The translations under genes were made by a program, and so were the position numbers. The notes under the pieces were generated by a model. The model saw nothing but the letters and a program-made list of their open reading frames with translations. It searched no databases and was not told the origin of the DNA. Shown here piece by piece: positions 1 to 13,962 of a stretch of DNA of 64,000 bases; the stretch's first letter is position 1; the number at the start of each line of letters is the position of its first letter. Source of the DNA: Octopus vulgaris (lineage: Eukaryota); the NCBI GenBank assembly GCA_951406725.2, contig OX597830.1, positions 72,106,001 to 72,170,000 of the forward strand, written 5' to 3'.

Positions 1-547
1 TATGTATGTATGTATGTATGTATGTATGTATGTATGTATAGAAAAGCTCATAAACCATCACACTGCAAATGAAGACAGCAAAACAAGCAAGCATCAAGTC
101 CGACAGCAGAAGAGGCAAAAGTAATATAAATATAAAATAAAAACTTTGAAAAACCCTCAAAATATACATAAAACTATATAACAGACATTAAAATCAACAA
201 CAACAACAACAACATAGACGATCATAATTATTAATATTATTTTTATTATTATATAGTTATGGTTAAATGACAGTGATGTTGAGCTGAGCCAACGAAGTTG
301 AAGTAAAGAGGTGTCTGCAAGCCTTAAATTATACACTTCAACTAACAAAAATGGATGCAGTTTCAGCTTGGTCGATAATTTGATGGTGGCGGTGTTTAAT
401 ATGAGCTACGAACGAGTTGAGACGAGCAACACCAGACTGAATGCGTTGATCTGCGGCAATATTAAGTGGTCCACTAGGTGCTCCACTACACTTTATAATA
501 CAATTGGTGGAACCAATAAAACAGATGTAAAAAATATATCAACGTAT

Positions 548-712
548 AGGCGCAGGAGTGGCTGTGTGGTAAGTAGCTTGTTTACCAACCACATGGTTTC
601 GGGTTCAGTCCCACTGCGTGGCACCTTGGGCAAGTGTCTTCTACTATAGCCTCAGGCCGACCAAAGCCTTGTGAGTGGATTTGGTTGACGGAAACTGAAA
701 AGAAGCCCGTCG

Positions 713-760
<48 letters not shown>

Positions 761-972
761 TGTGTGTGTTTGTGTGTCTGTGTTTGTCCCCCTAGCATTG
801 CTTGACAACGTTTACGTCCCCGTCACTTAGCGGTTCGGCAAAACAGACCGATAGAATAAGTACTGGGCTTACAAAGAATAAGTCCCGGGGTCGATTCGCT
901 CGACTAAAGGCGGTGCTCCAGCATGGCCGCAGTCAAATGACTGAAACAAGTAAAAGAGTAAAGAGTAAAGAG
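548..972 (+). mobile_element. SINE family A, full-length copy: tRNA-like head, CORE-like CCTTGGGCAAGT, internal (TA)n(TG)n, tail ending CAGTCAAATGACTGAAAC-(AAAGAGT)n
   Basis: A-box-like TGGCTGTGTGG and B-box-like GGTTCAGTCCC; near-identical copies at 30369, 43187, 44380 and 63264. Confidence 0.9.
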
Positions 973-980
973 TATAAAAC

Positions 981-1145
981 CATGGCTGTGCGGGTAAAAA
1001 GATTGGTTCCATACCACCTGGTTACGTGTTCAAAGATAATGCGTGGAAAATTGGACAAGTGTTCTTCTATAACCTTGGTCACCCAAAGGTTTGCGAGTGG
1101 ATTTGGCGGACACAAGCTGTGTAGGAACCATCGAGTATGTGTCTG
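981..1145 (+). mobile_element. SINE A, diverged 5' half
   Basis: TGGCTGTGCGG...GGACAAGTGTTCTTCTATAACC...GAGTGGATTTGG aligns by eye to 557-715. Confidence 0.7.
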
Positions 1146-1147
1146 TT

Positions 1148-1550
1148 TTTATTCTTTTGCTTGTTTCAGTCAATTGACTGTAGTCATGCTGGAGCACCGC
1201 ATTGACTTTTATTTTTTTTTTTTTAGTCGAACGAATCGACCCCAGTATTTATTTTGCAAACCTGCTACTGGTTTTATCAATCTGCTTTGCCGAACTGCTA
1301 GATTACAGGGACGTAAACACACCAAAACCGGGTTTCAAGCAGTGATGTGGACACAAAGACATACACACGCATACAAATACATATATACATACGACAAGCT
1401 TGTTTCAGTCCCTGCTATCAAATCCACCCACAAGTCTTTGGTGAGCCCGAGGCTATAGAAGTCACTTACCCAAGGTGCCACGCAGTGTGAACAAACATGT
1501 AACCATGTAGTTGGGAAACAACTTTCTTAACATAGAACTACGCCTGTGCC
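1148..1550 (-). mobile_element. SINE A, diverged full copy
   Basis: Reverse complement of tail (CTTGTTTCAGTCAATTGACTG) and head (CCAAGGTGCCACGCAGTG). Confidence 0.85.
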
Positions 1551-1632
1551 TAAGTGGGTTTTCTGTCCACGTTGGACACGAACCCACACTTCTATGTTTT
1601 CGCGACAAGTGTGCTACCGTTGCATAAGCCTA

Positions 1633-1695
<63 letters not shown>

Positions 1696-1697
<2 letters not shown>

Positions 1698-1843
1698 CGC
1701 CATGTTGAATCGCTAGCTTCTGCACGCATTTTTCTCTCCTGTTTCTCTCCGTGTTTCTTTTCTGTGTATAAGAGCGTAGGCTCGAAGCGAAGACTTTTTA
1801 TTTATATTCATACTATACAATTGTTTGTTTGTACTACACCTAT

Positions 1844-1850
<7 letters not shown>
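1696..1850 (+). mobile_element. Small Penelope-like/HHR element family Z, decayed copy
   Basis: Homologous to 44017-44210 (GAGCGTAGGCTCGAA hairpin); flanked by (TA)n on both sides. Confidence 0.7.
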
Positions 1851-1897
<47 letters not shown>

Positions 1898-2369
1898 TTA
1901 TATAATACATATACATACAAATATGTGTGTATTCGTATGTATGCATGTGTGTTGTTTATTTTTGCCCAGCCGACGCTTCACAAGAAGCGTTAGCTTGTTT
2001 AGCTCCCCGAAGCCTTTTAGTTCAGGAAAAGAGAAAATATTGTACCAGTCTTAAAAAGATAAAGAAACTTCTTGGTGTTTATTTGTTCCTCTAAAATTCT
2101 TCAAAGTGGTAACCTTGCATAATGGCAATCGAATGACTGAAACAAGTATGAAAAAAATTAAACTAAGTGTAGGGGTGTAAGTCCATTTTATAATAAATAA
2201 TTTGCAGCGTGCCTTCGAGAACTTTTAAAGTGAATGAGTGAATAAATGAACTTATTTTTAATGAATGTGTAAATTATTGAATTAGTGGAACAAGGAAATT
2301 TCAAACCAGCGAAGAGGAATTAGGAGTGCCTTGTAATTAAGCAATATTTTTGTCCTAGGATTTATAAGG

Positions 2370-2760
2370 CACCTTAACCAGTTCCCATGGCTTATACACG
2401 ACTAGAGTCACAACACTGGACGGGATGCCAGTCCAACTCACTTTTACTCTCATTGATGTCTTGAGACCTGTGTACACAGGGAAAAGGCCTAGGAGCCCCT
2501 CATACCTAGATGTCGAATTGCAATATATGTAGCCTTTGGATTGTTCTCAATGAATAAATAGTATAAGCCCCAGTGCATTGATTTGCACAGGGAGCTAAAA
2601 TGCTGCTGCGACGGCCAAGTTATTGATTTATAGCTGAGTGAAGTGTAGCAGTGAGAAATGAAATGTTTTGCTCAAGAACACAACGCCGCTTCCGATCATA
2701 CAATCAAAGCCACGATCTTGTGAGTAACACCCTTTACCACTAGGTCACCATCCTTCACTA
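2370..2760 (-). mobile_element. SINE family C, decayed and interrupted
   Basis: TGTTTTGCTCAAGAACACAACGC and CTGGACGGGATGCCAGTCCA match 9636-9886. Confidence 0.7.
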
Positions 2761-3488
2761 GTGTGTCTTGAAAAATATCTAAATTCACTTTATATTAATA
2801 AAATCAAGGAGCAAATGAATGAATTTATTTTTAATGAACGAGTCAGTTGAGAGAAGAAAATGTCACAAAGCAACAAACTAAGAATAGAAAGACAAGTAAA
2901 AGTAAAATATTGTCATGATGTCTTGAAGAATATAGAAATTCTTTCTATATTTCTGATTGAATGAGTGACTAAATGAATTACAATGGCAAACAATAGTGAG
3001 TAGCGCTGCTGGAATACTAAAAAACGAAAGAATCTATGAAATAAATGAATAAGGATTTAATGAATGAGGGTAATTGCTTTCTTGAATCAATAAACGAATA
3101 AAATGAATGAATGAATGAATGGTTGGATGAATGAAAATAGATCAATGAACGAATACATAGATGCAGGAATAATAAAACTTGTGGGAAATTGTCACTAGGC
3201 CAGTGGGAAATTGCTGCAGTTCATTCAGTGGGAAATCGCTTTAGCAAATGACTGAAGAAATGAAAGAATGGAACGAGTGAAATAGATGAAAGGATGAATA
3301 AATGAGTGAATGAGTAAGTGGGTGAGTGACCGTCTAAAGGATTGAAGGAACGAACGACGCATGAAAGAAGGAATGAGTGAATAAGTAAAGTCACTAACGA
3401 ATATATATATAAATAGTGAACAACTTAGTGATACAATGAATGAGCGTAAATGAATGAGTTAACACGTGAAGAAAATAATATGTGTATA

Positions 3489-3537
<49 letters not shown>

Positions 3538-3582
3538 TCATATATATAAATATGTATGTATATATATATGTGTGTATATATA

Positions 3583-3625
<43 letters not shown>

Positions 3626-3650
3626 GTATATATATATAAATATATATGTG

Positions 3651-3717
<67 letters not shown>

Positions 3718-4039
3718 ATACATACATATATTTATATCTATATATATATACACATATACATACATAAGTAGTGAATGACCTAGTGATGTAATGAAACGAA
3801 TGAGTGTAATGAATGAGTGAGGGAACTAACAAGCGAAGAAACTAACAAAATATATAAATGATGAATGAATTATCGTGAACTACTTGTTAGATCCAACAAT
3901 GAATGAAAAAAAGAAACAAATGAATGAGAAAATAATAAAAGTGTGAATGATTTGAAAAACTGAATGTTGAATGAATGTAATATTTTATGAAAGAAGGAAT
4001 GTAGCAAAGAATGAGTAAATGCATATATAAGTAAATAAA

Positions 4040-5140
4040 TGAATGAAAGAAATTAGGCCAACGCGAGGAAAATTTAACATACAAAAGACAGGATAAATAG
4101 ATTAAATAATGAAATTAATGAATGAATGAGCTATAAGGAATGAATTAATGGATGAGTGAAATTAGGAATTGAATGAAAACAAATATGTTTAAGTCAACAC
4201 AAAGAAAATTGAACGAACTAACCACAGGATAGATAAATTAAATAATTAAATGAAAGAATGAATGAGCTATAAGGAATGAATTAATGAATGGATGAAATTA
4301 GGAATGAAATGAAAACAAATAAGTTTAAGTCAACACAAGGAAAATTGAACGAACTAACGACAGGAAAGATAAATTAAATAATTAAATGAAAGAATGAATG
4401 AGCTATAAGGAATGAATTAATGAATGGATGAAATTAGGAATGAAATGAAAACAAATATGTTTAAGTCAACACAAGAAAAATTGAACGAACTAACGACAGG
4501 AAAGATAAATTAAATAATTCAATGAATGAATGAGCTATAACGAATGAATTAATGGGCGAATAATAATTAGGAATGAAATGAAGGCAAATTAGCATAAGTC
4601 AACGCAACGAACATACGACAAGATAAATAAATTGTATGATTTAATGAATGAATGAACAAGCTATAACGAATGAATTAGTGGATGAATAAAATTTGGAATG
4701 AAAAACAGCAGCAAGTATAAGACAAAACGGAAAATGGACGAAGTAACGACAGGATGAATAAATTGAATAATTAAATGAATGAATGAATGAGCTATAAGGA
4801 ATGAATTAATGAATGAATGAATGAAATTGGGAATGAATTAATGAATGAATGAAATTAGGAATGAAATGAAAACAAATAAGTTTAAGTCAACACAAGGAAA
4901 ATTGAACGAACTAACGGCAGGATAAAGAAATTTAATAATTTAATGAATGAATGAATGAGCTATAAGGAATGAATTTATTGAATGGATGAAATTAGGAATG
5001 AAATGAAACCAAATAAGTTTAAGTCAACACAAGGAAAATTGAACGAATAAAGAAATTGAATAATTTAATGAATGAATGAATGAGTTATAAGGAATGAATT
5101 AATGGATGAATGAAATTAGGAATGAAATGAAGGCAAATAA
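4040..5140. repeat. Tandem satellite, about 136-bp unit, about 8 copies, AATG-rich
   Basis: CAGGA anchors at 4225, 4361 and 4497 (period 136); GAGCTATAAGGAATGAATT and AAGTCAACACAAGGAAAATTGAACGAAC recur. Confidence 0.92.
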
Positions 5141-5464
5141 GATTTTCTTTGTGTTTGGTTAAATCTGGATCAACCAATCGGAAATGCGATGTCAGGAGAG
5201 ACAATTCTGCAGATGCCAAACAGAGAAATGAAAACCAAGATACAAAGAAATAAACAAATAAAGAATGGCGAGAAACAAATAAAGAGAACAGAGAGAGGGA
5301 GGGAGAGAGAGAGGGGGAGAGGGGAAAGAGAGGGAGCGGGAGATGGAGGAGAGACAGAAAGGATAGAAAAATATATGAGAAAACAAAAAGAATTTTTGCG
5401 TGCATTTGTGTGTGAGCGTGTAAATGTACGTGTGTATACGTGTCAGCGTATCTATATGTGTGTG

Positions 5465-5760
5465 CAGATGTATGAATGCTTATTTGTACAAGTGTTTGGG
5501 GTTTTTGTACACGTTCACCATAATGTGTGTATGTGTAGATGTATGTATGTGTATACACGATTGTGTGTCTATGTGTATATTTGTGTTTGTAGGATATAGT
5601 ATATGGGTGTGCATATGTATGAATGCATATGTGTACAAGTGTTTGGGGTTTTGTACACGTTCATCATAATGTGTGTATGTGTAGATGTATGTATGTGTAT
5701 ACACGAATGTGTGTCTATGTGTATCTTTGTGTTTGTAGGATATAGTATATGGGTGTGCAC
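5465..5760. repeat. Tandem duplication of about 147 bp (TG-rich)
   Basis: GTACAAGTGTTTGGGG at 5486 and 5633; TTTGTAGGATATAGTATATGGGTGTGCA occurs twice. Confidence 0.9.
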
Positions 5761-5949
5761 ATGTATACGTGTGTACTTGCGTGTGTTTGGCGTGTGCAAT
5801 TGTATGTGAGTGGGCACGTAGTGTTTGCGACTGTAAAAGTGTGTAAGTGTTATGTATGAGTATGAGTGTGTCTCTGAGTGCATGTATGTTAAATGTGAGT
5901 GTTCCTGTGGATGCGTGAGTGAGTGTGCGCGCGCGTGTTGGTGGCTTGG

Positions 5950-6580
5950 AGCCGAATTAACGTCAGCGAAGATTTATAAGACAAATGATTATTATAATGT
6001 AATAGATGGTTTATAGGAAAACGAGATTGGGCGAAAGAGAAAAACAGGAAGTGGTGGCGGAAGGGGTTGAGACGTAGGAGTACAGAGGTACAAAGTGAGA
6101 GAGAGAGAGAGAGAGATAAATAGGGACAGAGAGAAACATAGAGAGACTGTGAAAGGGAGGTGACGAACCAAACAGAAAATGAAAGAGAAGGTGTGCAACG
6201 GAAGAGGGAAGGAAGAGGAGTGCTGGTTGTTATTTGGCATGAGATGTTTGGCGGGAAATCCCGCATACATTGACGTTTCACAGCTGCGATTGGTTCATTA
6301 TAAGACAGCTCGTCTTATCCGTAGTTATAAATGGTTTAATAATAATTCAATAATGATAATAGAAAACAAAGGAAGGTGGATTGCACAATGGTTGAATGGT
6401 GGTCAAATGTACCTTGCTTCTTTTCATTATTACATTCTTCTTAGATTTTCTGTTCAAATACCCGCTCCGCTTAACTATAATCCTTTCGAGTAATCCCCTA
6501 CACCGCCCTTTGTCCATAAAATAAGTATTAGACAAGAATTCATATGGGTTGTCATCCTCTTCTAATATGGCCGCCCGCAA
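5950..6580. promoter_or_regulatory. Candidate promoter/enhancer motif cluster (ETS, NF-Y, E2F, CRE half-site, YY1-like)
   Basis: ACAGGAAGTG 6044, GATTGG 6025 and 6288, TTTGGCGGGAAA 6247, TGACGT 6271, AATATGGCCGCC 6564, in locally CpG-richer unique sequence. Confidence 0.4.
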
Positions 6581-6599
6581 ATATTTCAGGTTGTGTGTC

Positions 6600-6645
6600 T
6601 ATACTACTCCTACTGCTGCTGCTGTTACTAATACTACTACTACTT

Positions 6646-6698
<53 letters not shown>

Positions 6699-6732
6699 GC
6701 AAATAATATTAATAATAATAATAATGATGATG

Positions 6733-6783
<51 letters not shown>
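6600..6783. repeat. Compound (CTA)n/(AAT)n microsatellite
   Basis: Directly visible. Confidence 0.97.
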
Positions 6784-6784
<1 letters not shown>

Positions 6785-7331
6785 GTTCAGTTTTTGATAC
6801 AAGGCCTGCAAGTCGATTATATCTACCCCGGTGTTAAATTGTTCAATCGCAACTTATGTTATCGATGCCTAAAGGATGAAATGCAAAGTCTACCTTGGCG
6901 GAATTCGAACACAGAACATAAACTTAAAAAGCTTTGGGGACAACACCATTTGACACTCTTTAGCACTAAGGATGAAAACAAATACAAAAAAAAAAAAAGC
7001 AGCAGGAAACCTTAATATATCGGAACAATGCAATGATCTTAATATTCAGATCAAGTTGGGGAATACTTCAGTGGTCGAATAATATTCGAATTTCTTTCAA
7101 CGACCAAACTATATAACATATTGTATTCGCGAACATAAATGTCGAGGAAGAATGTAGTGTAAATGCGAAGTGCAAACATTCTAACTTATTCTCTCTGCAA
7201 AATGCTCCTGCATAACACATGAAACTTTAGGCTCGCAAAATCAATTTGGTATATAAGTCGATCGATGTTTTTTTGGCAATAAATTTTTCTCAATATAATT
7301 CGACTTGTGTGCCGGCAAGTGCGGAATGTAC

Positions 7332-7410
<79 letters not shown>

Positions 7411-7859
7411 ATATATATTATCCATATGTGGGAAATTCTGTCTGTGATTGTGTTTGTGGAGTTGTTAGCTAACTTCTCCTACATCATTTTATCGGTCTTG
7501 AAACTTGACACGTGAGTAGAACTCATATCTGGAAACATGATGGCATACTCAGTTTGTTGGAAAAAATCGACAATATAAATATGGATCCCTGGAAGGGATC
7601 CTTATATATAGTATATTTTATTTTAAAAGCCAGGAGAAATAACCAATACACACCTGCAAGGAATCCTTTTTGCTAGATTATTTGGTAAAAATGAAATTGA
7701 GTATGCTTATTTCTTAGTATTTGAACTGTAAGAGTTATTTTCGCAATTTATCAAGTACAACACTTAAACAAGTAAATAGCATTTTCCTAAACAATAGATC
7801 CACTTATTTCGGTCAGTGACTTATTCACGAATATAGCAACACTAGCGACCCTGAGAGTA

Positions 7860-8112
7860 ATATTCTCTGGGAATGCACAAAAGCCCTTTTCAGAGTTAGG
7901 TACTTTGAATTGTTATTATCTCATATCTGGTTAGCCTGTTATTACGTAACACGCTTCACAATTTTAGTATACATACGTTATTAGCATTTCTTCCTATATT
8001 CTATATACTCTGGGAATGTATTAAAGCCTTTTTCGGGGCTACTTTATTTGAATTCTTACTATCGGATAACTAATTTCATGTTTCTACATAACTGACTACA
8101 CAATTTAGGTAT
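7860..8112. repeat. Diverged direct repeat, about 145-bp period
   Basis: CTCTGGGAATG...AAAGCC.TTTTC...TTTGAATT...CACAATTT.GTAT occurs twice. Confidence 0.65.
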
Positions 8113-8226
8113 TCATAACTTATTGGAAATTCCTAGACAGTACAAAATATGCTCCAACATACAACTCACATAAAGAATCTTGCAAACCAAATCCCGAATC
8201 GAAATATATATATATATATATATATA

Positions 8227-8412
8227 CGATCGTAAGTTTGTGGTTTCGATTCCTGGACTGGGCAACGCGTCGTGTTCTTGAGCAAGACACTTCATTTCAC
8301 GTTGATCCAGTCCACTCAGCTGGCAAAAATGAGTAACACTGCGATGGACTGGCGTCCCGTCCAGCTGGGGAACACATACGCCATAGAAACCGGGCCCTTT
8401 AAAAAGGCGCAT
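8227..8412 (+). mobile_element. SINE family C, 5'-truncated
   Basis: B-box GGTTTCGATTCC, then GTGTTCTTGAGCAAGACACTT...GTCCACTCAGCTGG; reverse complement of 9636-9850. Confidence 0.85.
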
Positions 8413-8427
8413 TTATTATTTTTTTAA

Positions 8428-8501
<74 letters not shown>

Positions 8502-8528
8502 TTAAGGAATAGAGTAGATATGGTCCTG

Positions 8529-8802
8529 GCTACATATATTTCATAGCGAGCCGACCTCAGACATGGTAAGATATTCAAGTGAAGTGTATACCGCGGGCTA
8601 CTATTCAGGCCAAGGATATCTCCTCACCTACTGTGCTACCTACACATTCTGATTGAATTTTCTGTTTTAACATGTACCGCCCTGCGACAATGCAAACTTC
8701 AGTTAATCAAGATATTCTTGGCTTGAAAAATAACCTGCAGTATGCACCTCGCTTGGATATTTGCCACATCTGAGGTCCCGCTCATTATGAAACATATGTA
8801 GC
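8529..8802. repeat. Fold-back element: about 93-bp inverted arms (8529-8621 / 8710-8802) with HHR 3' half GAAA-CATATG-TA
   Basis: Arms align at roughly 80% identity, with mostly transition mismatches. Confidence 0.85.
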
Positions 8803-9049
8803 ACGGATCTTTGCAAACTGCTGTTTATATTAATTATTATATACATATATATAAATATAAATAAATAAATATATATATACATATATATATATACTATACA
8901 TACAAACATATATATATATATATATACATATATATTTTATATATATATATATGTGTGTGTGTGTGTATGTATGTATTTATTTACATATATCTATATGCAT
9001 ATATATATATTTACATATATATATATATATATTTACATATATATATATA

Positions 9050-9121
<72 letters not shown>

Positions 9122-9331
9122 TGTGTGTGCGCGCGTGCGTTTGTGTGTCTGTGTGCGTGCGTGTGTTGTGGGCGTCATGTTTCGCTGGGATTGGTTAAAT
9201 TGATGTGGCTAAGTCTGAGAAAAGCACACTAATGATCGAGAAGGTTCTTCATCATGTTTTGCAATCTGCAGAAAAATAGTGAACTGTTTATATAGCTACT
9301 ATATAAATTATATATATATATTCATACACAC

Positions 9332-9392
<61 letters not shown>

Positions 9393-9456
9393 CACGTGCA
9401 CACACACATATGGTAGACAAGTAAGTAAATAGATGATTGACGCTTCAAAAAGTTTG

Positions 9457-9505
<49 letters not shown>

Positions 9506-9508
<3 letters not shown>

Positions 9509-9612
9509 CCTGCTCGCTTAGCCAGCAGGGTGGCGTCATTTGAAGGCTAACACAATGCGAAGCGCATTGTGAGCAGCGATGTGTAGCAACATCTGATAGC
9601 CTGGTCGGTCAC
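9506..9612 (+). mobile_element. Repeat family D fragment (SINE-like body/tail)
   Basis: Reverse complement of 62424-62531; a further fragment at about 23220-23290. Confidence 0.8.
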
Positions 9613-9635
9613 ATATGTGTGTATGTATAATAAAT

Positions 9636-9886
9636 AAATGCACCCTTTTAAAGCCCAGCCAGGCTCATGGACCCGGTTTCTCGATTTCCATGGCGTAAGT
9701 GTTCCCAAGCTGGACGAGATGCCAGTCCATTGCAGTGTTGCACATTTTTACAAGCTGAGTGGACTGGAGCAACGTGAAGTGAAGTGTTTTGCTCAAGAAC
9801 ACAACGCGTCACCCAGTCCAGGAATCGAAACCACAACCTTACGATCATGATGCTGACACTCTAACCACTAAACCACGTGCCTCCAC
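9636..9886 (-). mobile_element. SINE family C, full copy with tRNA-like head
   Basis: Minus strand GGAGGCACGTGGTTTAGTGGTTAGAGTG...GGTTTCGATTCC carries A and B boxes. Confidence 0.9.
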
Positions 9887-9890
9887 ACAC

Positions 9891-9932
<42 letters not shown>

Positions 9933-10744
9933 CTATTTGTACGTATGTATGTATGCATGTATGTGTGTGTATGTGTGTGTGTGTGTGTGTGTGTAACTAT
10001 TTGTACGTATGTATGTATGCATGTATGTGTGTGTATGTGTGTGTGTGTGTGTGGATTAGAAGTCTAATGTTTATGCGTATAATCTTTAATTATATTTGCT
10101 CCTGATTTCAAATTTCTGATGTTGTTACATGTTCTGTTATCATTCTACGGTAATAAAGTAATGTATCTAGTTTTCCAATTATGCTATTATTTAAATTATC
10201 ATATTTCTTTGCTTGGTAGCTTGATTGCTTATGATTGTTTCATTACTATAATATTGTCCTTTGTTTAAAAATTGGTCGCAATCAGGGAGACACGTGATTG
10301 CATCTCAAATTGATTATCTTTCATTATAGAACAACAGTTATATTTGAACGTGGCTTAAGAGTAAAGCCAACAATTCGTAATATGAATTAATGTAAAATAC
10401 AAGCGGAGAAAAAATATTAAGATAAATAGAAGTCAAGATTATAAGAGTGATATGAGAGCATGGCCGAACAACATGTTGCTACGGAAATGTAAAAAAAAAA
10501 TTAATGTGATTCTATAAAACAAATGGTGAATATGATAAGAAGCATGAATGGATAAATGTAATGTATGCATGTATGGATTGATGGCTGGATGAATGGATGG
10601 ATGGTTGTCTTGTTATGTATGGATTTAAGAACCATAGTATGTATATATGTATCGACGTAGCGAGATGCATACACACACGAACGCATATACGTAGAATCTA
10701 GCATTACATATGTAAAACATATATATCTTTGTATCTCTCTCTCT

Positions 10745-10955
<211 letters not shown>

Positions 10956-11037
10956 TATATATATATATATGTGTGTGTGTATATATATATGTATATGTAT
11001 ACTTGTATTCAGATTTTCTAAATACATACTAAGGGAA

Positions 11038-11109
<72 letters not shown>

Positions 11110-11952
11110 CTGTGCAGCGTATGTATGTATATGTGCATGTTAATTAATTTGAACACATGTATATCTATCACTCATCGTCTTTCCACTTTCCCCTCAATTC
11201 TCTCTGAATATATGTATGCGTGTATATGCGGACTATATATATATACACGTATTTATCTTTTTTTTTTAATTTTATAATATTTTGGTTGTGAATTAATAGA
11301 GGGAATAAAACGTAAAGAACAAAGAATATATACATAACAAATTGTCAAGACCAATCATAATTCAGATGTGATATGCTGGATAACGGATGGATCTAAAGGA
11401 TTACACGCATTTTGTTTCCAAAAGTTTTCATATGAATTTAATCATACATACGTGTATAGACAACATTCCGTATTTGAAACGTAAACCAAGAAGCCACAGT
11501 CACATCAATGCACACGAATATTGGCACTCAGATACGGACACACACATACACAAAATGTGCCATAGCCTGCTCATTCGGATTTCTAAATATTTCACATACT
11601 TGCATGTAGAGATTACAGTTTTAATCCTGGAAGCATGATATGCCTTGTGACGTGTATGGATATATATATATATATATATATATAATTGTGTGCATGCTTA
11701 TATACATGGCTATGCATATACGTGTATGTTTGCCACCTAATTATATATATATATATATATGTCTGTGTATATATATATAATATGATATAATATATATATG
11801 CACATATATTTATACTTCTATTACTATATATATAACTATATATATGTATATATGTATATATACCTATGTATATATATATATATATGTATGTATTATTTGC
11901 CTGTATTTGTAGGTATATATATATATTATGTATATATATTTATATAGATGTT

Positions 11953-12009
<57 letters not shown>

Positions 12010-12689
12010 ATATATGTATATATATATGTGTGTGTCTGTCTGTTTTTGTGTATGTGTCTGTTTTTGTGTATGTATGTATGTATGTTTACATACACACATT
12101 CGTACATACTCAGATATACATTCACAGAAGGTAGCATAAATGAATTTACATTCACATGACTTCGTAACTTTTACTTTTGTATGTATCAAACACAAATATA
12201 AGTAACAAAATATAAATAAAATAAAGTTGAAAACTGCAGGAAAAAAAAAAGTAGTCAGGACAATTTTATTTAAAACATTTGTGAACTTTAACGAAAGTAA
12301 TATTACGAAAATCTTTAGTCAAATAATTTGTAATTCTGGACCGTGTATAAGATCAATTTACTTAAATTTCCACGTTCAACTTCCTTACATTATGAATACA
12401 GTGGCCGATACATCGTATGCAAATTAATACGACTAAACAGTACGCTCACACCCATACATAAACGGTTATATGTGTTAAGTTTGTTGATTATTTGTCGCTA
12501 ATTTGTTTTGTTGTTTGATATATTTTCTGTTTGTACATGTGTAATTTTCCCCTGTATTTCATTTCAATTTCTGCGTAATTACGTCTTATTTATTTTTACC
12601 ACCTATAGAGAAAATATTTCAATTCTTATATCTTTTATTTCTTTATGTTTTTCTGATTACTAAAAGTGTGTATGCATGTGCCTTTGCTT

Positions 12690-13230
<541 letters not shown>

Positions 13231-13567
13231 CAGTAGCAGTTTGCATGTCTTAAAGTAAATTTTAAAAATAAACAGGTCTGATTAAAATTTGTGAAGTAGA
13301 CGATATAGATTTATTTTAAACCTTATAATTATATTTTACTGGGCCTCTTTAATTTAAATGGGCTTTTCGTGTAAATTTCTCTGCATCTTCTCCGGTCTGA
13401 ATGACACCTTTAATTATAAGAAGAGATTTGCATGGGAAATCTAGACATAACGAATATTTGTATTCAGAGTTGAAATGTGATAAAATGAATTATGAAATAA
13501 GATTTTACTTTCCGATTTCTTTCTCTTTTGCCTATTTTCTTTATTTTCCTTTCTAATTCATTTTCAG

Positions 13568-13777
13568 CGATGGTTGTTTTTGCTCTCCTCATCATTTTTG
13601 TTCTTGCTGTCGAGCGCCAAAATAACTCTGACCAATCAGAATTATGCAAGTTCTCCTCAACCCTGGAATATCCATTCCCTGTTGCATATCGTTCCGTTTT
13701 TGGTTATCATACTTATCTCATTGTTTAGTCAGGTGGGAAAACAGGGTTCGTGTACCCTTCCGATACTTCTGAGACAG
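13568..13777 (+). CDS. Candidate 210-nt phase-0 internal exon (hydrophobic peptide RWLFLL...LLRQ), or exon carrying a 52-aa signal-peptide smORF (13570-13728)
   Basis: Pyrimidine tract, CTAAT branch-like motif and TTTTCAG acceptor; CAG|GTGAGA donor; frame 0 open throughout; no recognisable domain. Confidence 0.3.
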
Positions 13778-13924
13778 GTGAGAAATAGGGAGGAAGGTAT
13801 CCTATGGATGTATGTAGCCTTGAGTTAAAGCTGTTTCGGCCTCTCTGATTTGGCGTTACTGATTCAACACACACTTGAAATCAGACATTTTAATATTTCT
13901 CTCTTTGTCTCCCTCTTCAGTTTT

Positions 13925-13962
<38 letters not shown>

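Noticed and set aside
802-1458. 218-aa ORF
   Set aside because: Runs through three SINE A pieces; the same peptide recurs at other SINE copies.
5140-5230. Possible pre-miRNA hairpin (TTTCTTTGTGTTTGG / CCAAACAGAGAAA)
   Set aside because: Stem too short with a large unpaired interior; no conserved bilaterian miRNA recognised anywhere in the window by eye.
7410-7760. Non-autonomous Helitron-like segment (TTGAAACTTGACAC, GGATCCC/GGGATCC hairpin)
   Set aside because: Single copy in the window and termini not definable; insufficient support.
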